A stretch of DNA of 46,447 bases, from assembly GCA_035500275.1 (NCBI GenBank), contig DATJXI010000045.1, positions 1 through 46,447 of the forward strand, read 5' to 3'. This DNA comes from Roseiarcus sp. GTDB taxonomy: Bacteria; Pseudomonadota; Alphaproteobacteria; Rhizobiales; Beijerinckiaceae. The position numbers and the translations under genes are program-made. This document shows positions 39,983 to 46,447 of the stretch, piece after piece; positions within the stretch are counted from its first letter, which is position 1; the number at the start of each line of letters is the position of its first letter. The notes beneath the pieces are model-generated. The model had not been told where the DNA came from, did no database searches, and worked only from the letters and a program-made list of their open reading frames with translations.

Positions 39983-40951
39983 ATGAGCGTCGTCGCCGCC
40001 AATCTCTACCGCCACGGCAAGCTCGTCGGACCGGTTACGCTCGACCAGCCGTTCCCTTGCGCGAAAGACCGGTCGGAATTCGTCTGGATCGGCCTGTTCG
40101 AGCCGACCGAAGCCGAGCTCAGGCAGCTCCAGGAGAATTACGGCCTGCATCCGCTCGCCGTCGAGGACGCGCTGACCGCGCACCAACTGCCCAAGGTCGA
40201 CGTCTACGGCGACCAGATTTTCGTGGTCGCGCGCACGGCCCATCTCGCCGACGATCAGATTACGTACGGCGAAACCTCGATCTTTGTCAGCGAGACCTTC
40301 GTCATCAGCGTCCGGCACGGGTCGGAGCGCGCCCATTCCGATCTGCGCCACCAGCTCGAAGCCTCGCCGGCGCTGCTTCGGCATGGCGTCGATTACGTGC
40401 TGCACGCCATCCTTGATTTTATCGTCGACGGCTATCTGCCGATCGTGGAGGCGATCGAGGAGGACGTGTTGGAGACGGAGCAGCGCGCGCTCGACACATT
40501 TCTCGATCGCAACGAAATCCGACGGCTCTTCACGCTGCGCCGTGAGCTGATTCGGTTCCAGCGCGTGCTGGGGCCCATGCACGAAGTCTGCAACCGCCTC
40601 ACGCATCTCGCCCTTCCGGCGCTCGACCCGGACGTGCGGCCTTACTTTCACGACGTGCTCGACCATGTCCGGCGCGTCGAGACCCGAGTCGGCGGCCTGC
40701 GGGAAATTCTCACATCCGTATTCGAGGCGGCCAATCTCCTCGAGCAGCAGCGGCAGGGCACAATCACGCGCCAACTCGCGGCCTGGGCGGCGATCCTCGC
40801 GGTGCCGACGGCGATCGCCGGCATCTACGGGATGAACTTCGCCAACATGCCGGAGCTCAAGACGGAATACGGCTATTTCGTCGTGCTCGCCGCAATCATC
40901 CTCCTGTGCGCCGGGCTTTATCTGCGGTTCAAGAAGGCGGGGTGGCTGTGA
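39983..40951 (+). CDS. corA: CorA-family Mg/Co transporter
   Basis: LHPLAVED, PKVD, PT.IAGIYGMNF..MPEL and two C-terminal TMs. Confidence 0.95.
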   Translation: MSVVAANLYRHGKLVGPVTLDQPFPCAKDRSEFVWIGLFEPTEAELRQLQENYGLHPLAVEDALTAHQLPKVDVYGDQIFVVARTAHLADDQITYGETSIFVSETFVISVRHGSERAHSDLRHQLEASPALLRHGVDYVLHAILDFIVDGYLPIVEAIEEDVLETEQRALDTFLDRNEIRRLFTLRRELIRFQRVLGPMHEVCNRLTHLALPALDPDVRPYFHDVLDHVRRVETRVGGLREILTSVFEAANLLEQQRQGTITRQLAAWAAILAVPTAIAGIYGMNFANMPELKTEYGYFVVLAAIILLCAGLYLRFKKAGWL

Positions 40952-41201
40952 GGAGGGACGGCGGGCGTGACGCCTGCCTCGGACGTCAAGAGCCGCTACT
41001 TTTGCATCGTGTCGCCCTTCATTGCGTCTGCGTGCATCACCTTGTCGTTGTGCATGGTCTTGTGCTTGGCGGCATTTTTCGGCCGCGCCGGCGGCGCAAG
41101 CAAGCCAGCTGCATCGGATTGTGACGCGCGTCACTGCGACCTGCCGCCGCCGCGTCTAGACGCTCCATCAACGCGAGGCGTTAGAGATTTGGAGGTTTGA
41201 A

Positions 41202-41420
41202 ATGTCTGACCGGCAGCGTCCTCAGGGCGTAAGGCTCGGAATCGGCCATGAGGCGGACGCGCTTCTGTCCATATGGGGAGAGGATGCTTACGCGATCGCT
41301 TGCCAAAGGGCAAAAGAGGCAAGCAGCGTAGAGATGGACAGCGACTGGAGCCACGTCGCCGACGCCGTCGCGCGCCGCCTGGGCAAGCGCTCTTCCTTTC
41401 TCTCCCATATGTTCCACTAA
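41202..41420 (+). CDS. Small hypothetical protein
   Basis: 72-aa ORF with GGAGG RBS; predicted helical (EADALL..WGEDAY..A..RA.EA......W..VA.AVARR). Confidence 0.65.
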   Translation: MSDRQRPQGVRLGIGHEADALLSIWGEDAYAIACQRAKEASSVEMDSDWSHVADAVARRLGKRSSFLSHMFH

Positions 41421-41502
41421 GTCCGGGGCGCCTTGTGGGGCCGCATCGCGGCGGAAGCCGAAGCCGCGGACCAAACGTGCGGCTTCGGCGAGACGCGCGT
41501 CG

Positions 41503-41760
41503 ATGCCCGGCCCCGACGTCATCGTCTGCGGCAGCCTGTACCTCGACGTCATGGTCGCCGCGCCAAGCTTGCCGCGGCCAAGGGCGGCGACTAGGCCGTC
41601 ATGTCCGCCCGCTCGGGCGCGCGCGTCGCGATGATCGGCTGCATCGGCCGCGACAATTTCGGCGCGCGGCTCCGCGCCAACCTTGACGCGGCGGGCGTCG
41701 ATTCGACCGCCGTCGCCGAAGACGAGAAGGCGGCATCCGGCATGAACGCCGCCATCGTCC
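41503..41760 (+). pseudogene. Ribokinase/PfkB-family remnant
   Basis: MPGPDVIVCGSLYLDVMVAAPSLPRP, then after a deletion/frameshift KGGD*AVMSARSGARVAMIGCIGRDNFG...GVD (TAG at 41592-41594 where Gln is expected). C-terminal two thirds missing. Confidence 0.8.
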
Positions 41761-41858
41761 CGCGACGACGGCGAATATGGCGCCGCCATCGCGTCGATGA
41801 CCGGCTAACGCCGGCCGCCGAGGGGCGCCGCCGCGACAAGCTTGCTGGGCAATCATCA

Positions 41859-42359
41859 TTGAACGCCATCGACAGGGTCGCCATCAGGCTCGCCGAATCT
41901 TCAGTCGTTCCGGACCTTCGGCTGGCCGTGGTCGAACTGCAGGAGCATGAAAGAAGGTTGCATCCCACACATCTTCCGGGTTCTGAAATCGCCGACGCCT
42001 ATGTGGCGTGGATGGTGACGCAGGCAGCCAGGAGCGGCGCAATCCTCATCGCGGAAGTCGACGGCGTCTTCGCCGGATTCGCCGCCGGCTGGGTCGACGA
42101 CGACGACAAGCTCGCGGAGGCGCCAGACTCGCGCCGGTTTGGGCTCGTTTCGGACATCTGCGTGCTGCCGGCTTACAGAGGACGGCGCCTCGCGTCGCGT
42201 CTTCTCGACGGCATCGAAAATCGTCTCGCCACGACGGGCGTCATCCGCATCCGAATTGGCGTGCTGGCGGCGAATGGCCCGGCGTGCGCCAGCTACGAGC
42301 GCTCAGGCTTCACGGCCTATGAGATCGTCTATGAGAAGGTCGTGGGGCAGGTCGCGTGA
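41859..42359 (+). CDS. GNAT-family acetyltransferase
   Basis: LIAEVDG, DICVLPAYRGRRLA (motif A), N..A...YERSGF. Start uncertain (TTG 41859); in frame with the upstream ribokinase remnant. Confidence 0.8.
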   Translation: MNAIDRVAIRLAESSVVPDLRLAVVELQEHERRLHPTHLPGSEIADAYVAWMVTQAARSGAILIAEVDGVFAGFAAGWVDDDDKLAEAPDSRRFGLVSDICVLPAYRGRRLASRLLDGIENRLATTGVIRIRIGVLAANGPACASYERSGFTAYEIVYEKVVGQVA

Positions 42360-42393
42360 GTTGATGCGCCGGCCGAAAGACGCGGCCAAAGGC

Positions 42394-43393
42394 TCACCCC
42401 GAATAAAGCGCCGGCGGGTCGCGTAGGCGGATCGGTTCGGGCGTCCCGGTCTGCATGGCACGGACGCCGGCCGAGGTGACCACGGTCGCGACATAGCCGT
42501 CCCAGGCGCTTGAGCCGGCCGCGCCGCCTTTGCCCGCGGCAGGCTCGGAACTCGGCGTCGAACGCGGGCGCGAACACGCGCGCCAATCGACGGGCACGCG
42601 GCCGCTGAAGACGCCACGGCTCCGAAGCACGGCCGCACTCGTGTCGGCGAGGGCCACGGTGCCGGTCTCGCCTACGACCTCGCCGCGAATGTCGTAGCCG
42701 TAGGCGATATTGACCGACGTTTCGATCGCGACCAGCGCGCCCCCGCGCATCTCAATGAGCGTGATGAGCGGGTCGGACAGGGTTCCGCCGCGGCTGTTCG
42801 TGCGCGGGACCTTGACGGAGATCGCCGCCGGTTCGTCATCGAGCAGGAAACGGGCGATGTCGATGTCGTGCACCGTGCTGTCGGTCAGCGCCATATCCGT
42901 CGTAAAGTGCCGGGGGCGCGGACGCATTGCGGTTGACGCTCTGAAAAATGAGCGGCGCGCCAATCACGCCGGACACGATGGCCTGCTTCATTTCGCGATA
43001 TTGCGGATCGAAGCGGCGCATGAAGCCGACCTGGACGAGCCGCCGCCCGAACGCCGCTTCGGCGTCGAGGATCGCCGAGCAGTCCCGCTCGGAGTTGGAG
43101 AGCGGCTTCCCGCAAAACACGGGCTTGCCGGCCTTGATCGCGGCGAGCACGTAGCGCGCGTGCGTCGGGCCCCACGAAGTCACGACGACCGCCTGGACAC
43201 GCCTCGATTCGATCAGCTCCTCGCCCGCGGCGCACACCTGCGCTGCCGGAAGCCGCGAGGCGACGTCCTTGGCTTGCGACACGTTGACGTCGCTGAGCGC
43301 GACGACGTCGGCGCCCGCGAGGACGGTCGTCAGGCGCCGGATATGGTCCTGGCCGATCATTCCGACGCCGATGACGCCGACATTCAAACTCAT
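42394..43393 (-). pseudogene. iolG: myo-Inositol 2-dehydrogenase (Gfo/Idh/MocA) pseudogene
   Basis: GVIGVGMIGQDH, CGKP (normally CEKP), QVGFMRRFD, VHDID, YGYDIRGE, SAWDGY. Frameshift near the G5 run at 42912-42916 and further indels near 42585-42545. Confidence 0.85.
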
Positions 43394-43417
43394 GAACGGC
43401 TCCCGGAGCGGCTTCGG

Positions 43418-44281
43418 TCAGATCGAGGCGAGGAGACGTCTCGCCGCCTTCAGGTGCGGAACGTCGACCATCTTTCCGTCAACGCCAAGTGTGCCTGCGC
43501 CCGGATTGGCGTCGAATGCGGCGACGATCCTTCGCGCATGAGCGATTTCCGCTTCCGAGGGCGCGTAGCAGCGATTGATGACCACGACCTGATCGGGGTG
43601 GATCGCGAGGCGGCCGACAAATCCATCCCGGCGCGAGCGCCGGCAGTCGCGCTCGAGGCCTTCGGCGTCGCGGAAATCGACGAACACGGTGTCGATCGGC
43701 GCGACCTCGGCGGCGGAGGCCGCGAACAGGCATTGCGCGCGGGCGATCTCGTAAGGGCTGGTCCATGCGCCGTCCGGCTCCTTGTTCTCCGTTGCGCCGA
43801 GCGCGGCGCTCAGATCCTCGGCGCCCCAGGTGAGCGCGACGAGGCGGGGATGCGCCGGCGCGTAAGAGCCGAGCGCGAACATTGCTTTTGGCGTTTCGGT
43901 CGCGACCGCGGCGAGCTTGACGGCGCCCCCCCGCACGCCCGCCCGATATTCGAGCGCATCGAGGTAGAACCCGATCCGCTCGAGATCCGAAGCGCGGTCC
44001 GACTTGGGGATGAGCAGCCCGTCAAGGCCGGGGCGCACGACGGCGGCCAAGTCCGCAAGCGCAAGGCCGCTGTCGAGCGCGTTGATCCGGACGAAAAGCG
44101 AAAAGGGTCTGTCGTCACGCGTGTTTGCAAGGCCCGCTACGAATTCGCGCGCCGCGGCCTTCCGCGGCTCGGCGACCGAGTCCTCGAGATCGAGGATCAG
44201 CGCGTCAGCGCCGCAGTCCCTCGCCCGCCCGAACTTGCGCTTGGAATCGCCGGGGACGAAGAGAAGGGAGCGCAATTTCAA
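43418..44281 (-). CDS. HpcH/HpaI/CitE-family CoA-ester lyase
   Basis: RSLLFVPGD, LDLEDSV, VRIN, WGAEDL, AIHPDQV, GKMVD.PH. Confidence 0.93.
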   Translation of the reverse strand: MKLRSLLFVPGDSKRKFGRARDCGADALILDLEDSVAEPRKAAAREFVAGLANTRDDRPFSLFVRINALDSGLALADLAAVVRPGLDGLLIPKSDRASDLERIGFYLDALEYRAGVRGGAVKLAAVATETPKAMFALGSYAPAHPRLVALTWGAEDLSAALGATENKEPDGAWTSPYEIARAQCLFAASAAEVAPIDTVFVDFRDAEGLERDCRRSRRDGFVGRLAIHPDQVVVINRCYAPSEAEIAHARRIVAAFDANPGAGTLGVDGKMVDVPHLKAARRLLASI

Positions 44282-44595
44282 GATCTGGACTCTGAACAGA
44301 TTGACTGCTTCGCTTTAGGCGGCGTCGACGGACTGCACAACTGCATGCATCGGAGCTCAGGGAGGGCCTTCGCCGGCCGCAGACCGCAATAGGTGAAACT
44401 AGAGGTATCGAGGCGATTCGGGTTTGCGTGAGTCAAGGACGGCGAACAACAACATTAACTCCCCATTTGTGTTCCTCGTTTTGTCACAGAGCTAGCGCTA
44501 TATCTCAAGCGGTCAATTCTACGTCTGGCCGAGCTTCCAGCTCATCATCGTCGCCGTACTGACCTGCCGATAGTCAGGCCAATAAAGAGGCGCTT

Positions 44596-44958
44596 ATGAT
44601 TGTCCGAACGGCCGCGGCCGGCGTTTGGCTGGCGGCGATTTGCTCGATGGCCGCGCCGTCGGCCGGTTTTTGCGAGGTCAGGACGCTGCCAGGCGCGGAA
44701 AGCGCGCTGGCGCTCCTACCCGTACCCTCTGGGCTCGACGCCCGGGGTGCTTCCCGCGAGACGATGCCTCTCGCTTTCGGCCAACCCACGCTTTCCCCAC
44801 AGCCTCGGGCCGGGGTTCCAGCGGCCGTTCCAGAGGCGCCGACAGCCGAAGCGCCGGACCTGAGCGCCGCAACCCTGAACACAATCACCGCGCCGCCCCA
44901 GTCGCTCTGGCGGCGGCTCTTGAGCGCCATTGTGCAGCTGGGAGACGCGAACCGTTGA
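44596..44958 (+). CDS. Hypothetical exported Pro/Ala-rich protein
   Basis: AGAGG RBS and signal-peptide-like N-terminus; no recognisable domain. Confidence 0.5.
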   Translation: MIVRTAAAGVWLAAICSMAAPSAGFCEVRTLPGAESALALLPVPSGLDARGASRETMPLAFGQPTLSPQPRAGVPAAVPEAPTAEAPDLSAATLNTITAPPQSLWRRLLSAIVQLGDANR

Positions 44959-44983
44959 CGGGCGAGCATTCTTCCGCTGGACG

Positions 44984-45925
44984 TCACGCGTTCGGCAGAT
45001 TGCGCGCGAGCGCTTCGAGCACGGCCATGCGCACCGCGACCCCCATCTCAACCTGCTCGCGAATGAGCGACTGCGGGCCGTCGGCGATGAGCGTGTCGAT
45101 CTCGACGCCTCGGTTCATTGGGCCGGGGTGCATGACGAGGGCGCCGGGCTTGGCGTAAGCAAGTTTCTCGGCGTCGAGGCCAAAATAGCGGAAATATTCC
45201 TTGGTCGAGGGCACGAAGGCGCCGGTCATGCGCTCGCGCTGCAGGCGAAGCATCATCACGATGTCGGCGTCCCTAAGCCCTGACCGCATGTCGTGGGCGA
45301 CCTCGACGCCCATTTTTTCGACCGCCGGCGGCAGTAAGGTCGAGGGCCCGACCACCCGCACATAGGCGCCGAGCTTGCTCAAGAGCAGGATGTTCGAGCG
45401 CGCCACGCGCGAATGCAGGATGTCGCCGCAGATGGCGACAGTTAAGCCCTGGATGCGGCCGAGGTTGCGGCGGATGGTCAGCGCATCGAGCAGCGCCTGG
45501 GTCGGGTGCTCGTGCGCTCCGTCGCCGGCGTTGACGACCGAGCAATCGACCTTCCGCGCCAGCAGCGACACCGCACCCGCCTGATGATGGCGCACGACCA
45601 GGATGTCGGGCCGCATGGCGTTCAGCGTCATCGCGGTGTCGATGAGCGTCTCGCCCTTCTTCACGCTCGAAGCGCCGACCGCCATGTTCATCACGTCCGC
45701 CCCGAGCCGCTTGCCGGCGAGCTCGAACGACGACTGGGTCCGGGTCGAGGCCTCGAAGAAGAGGTTGATCTGGGTGCGCCCGCGCAGAGTCGAGCGCTTC
45801 TTTTCGACCTGACGCGAGATGGCGACCGCCTCGTCCGCGAGGTCGAGGAGCGCCACGATTTCCTCGCGCGAGAGGTGCTCGATGCCAAGCAGGTGGCGCT
45901 GGGAGAACAAGGGGGCGCGGGCCAT
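44984..45925 (-). CDS. pyrB: Aspartate carbamoyltransferase catalytic subunit
   Basis: [51 protein letters not shown]. Confidence 0.99.
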   Translation of the reverse strand: MARAPLFSQRHLLGIEHLSREEIVALLDLADEAVAISRQVEKKRSTLRGRTQINLFFEASTRTQSSFELAGKRLGADVMNMAVGASSVKKGETLIDTAMTLNAMRPDILVVRHHQAGAVSLLARKVDCSVVNAGDGAHEHPTQALLDALTIRRNLGRIQGLTVAICGDILHSRVARSNILLLSKLGAYVRVVGPSTLLPPAVEKMGVEVAHDMRSGLRDADIVMMLRLQRERMTGAFVPSTKEYFRYFGLDAEKLAYAKPGALVMHPGPMNRGVEIDTLIADGPQSLIREQVEMGVAVRMAVLEALARNLPNA

Positions 45926-46447
45926 TATCGTTGGCTATGGAAGGCTGCGCCGCGGTTGTCATTCCCGCCGGGCGCGGAACGTCCGATCCGGAATTGAGCC
46001 CAGCGCGCGGCGCCGGAAGCAACCTTCCTCAATTCCCGGTCGGACCTGCGGTTCTCGCGGAATGACCGCCGAGGCAAAGCGTTCATGCGGCAAGCCTATC
46101 ACTCCGCCTGCGCTTGAGAAGAGCGTCCGCTCTCGCTCGCTCGGGGTCTAATGTTAGACCCTTCGCTTTCAGTTGAGCCGTCGGAAGCGCCCCTCTCCGG
46201 AGGGACGGTTGCTCCCCGGGCGAACTACGGCTTTTTCGTGCTATCCGGATCGGCCTCGAAGCTTCGGACGCCCCACAATTGCCTCGAAACAGCCCCTATT
46301 ATCCTTGGATTCCCTCGTATTTTTTGCAAGCCATTCCAAGCAAATCAGTGGGGTGTAAGCTCTCCACTATATGCAGGACACGTTCTTTGCGGACGATTGT
46401 GGCAAGTAAGATAAATATTCTTGTCAACGTATTGTACCATCGTTTCA

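Noticed and set aside
41601-42359. 252-aa ORF as a genuine ribokinase-acetyltransferase fusion enzyme
   Set aside because: The kinase part lacks its N-terminal strand in frame and all C-terminal catalytic motifs; it is better explained as a pseudogene remnant abutting a GNAT.
44290-44590. AT-richer gap with GGGGAG-ATG on the minus strand, or a CTCCCCA anti-SD-like sRNA motif on the plus strand
   Set aside because: The reading frame stops after 18 codons, and there is no clear hairpin or terminator to support an sRNA call.
45930-46447. Intergenic DNA and short ORFs upstream of pyrB at the window end
   Set aside because: No convincing coding signal, tRNA cloverleaf or attenuator; probably the promoter region of a gene outside the window.

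Overview
High-GC chromosomal segment, most likely from an alphaproteobacterium of the Hyphomicrobiales (inferred from protein style and gene content). A housekeeping backbone (acyP, thrS, rlmN, guaC, guaB, an RsmB/NOP methyltransferase, lipA, corA, pyrB) is interleaved with accessory genes and several decayed genes (Uma2, ribokinase, inositol dehydrogenase). No rRNA, tRNA, CRISPR array or intact transposase was seen. There are three main candidates for an undescribed system. (1) A tightly coupled minus-strand operon at 35580-38414: a 729-aa protein with four ~79-aa repeats, each ending in a strict (Cx3)5C cysteine stripe, then a CxxC DUF1360-like membrane protein and a small MCCG- protein; this may be a thiol/metal storage or assembly system. 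(2) A translationally coupled UDG-superfamily glycosylase plus amidohydrolase cassette at 12097-14675, preceded by what looks like a solo transposon end. (3) An HTH gene (2123-2656) followed by nine helically phased ~10.4-bp YGACRTTTWT repeats. Also notable: a tRNA-Thr-anticodon-like hairpin abutting the thrS ribosome-binding site, a membrane-anchored sensor-fused trehalose-6-phosphate synthase, an orphan SLATT effector, a duplicated 63-bp operator block, and a DUF4242-nucleotide cyclase fusion. All family assignments come from motif recognition by eye, not from database searches.
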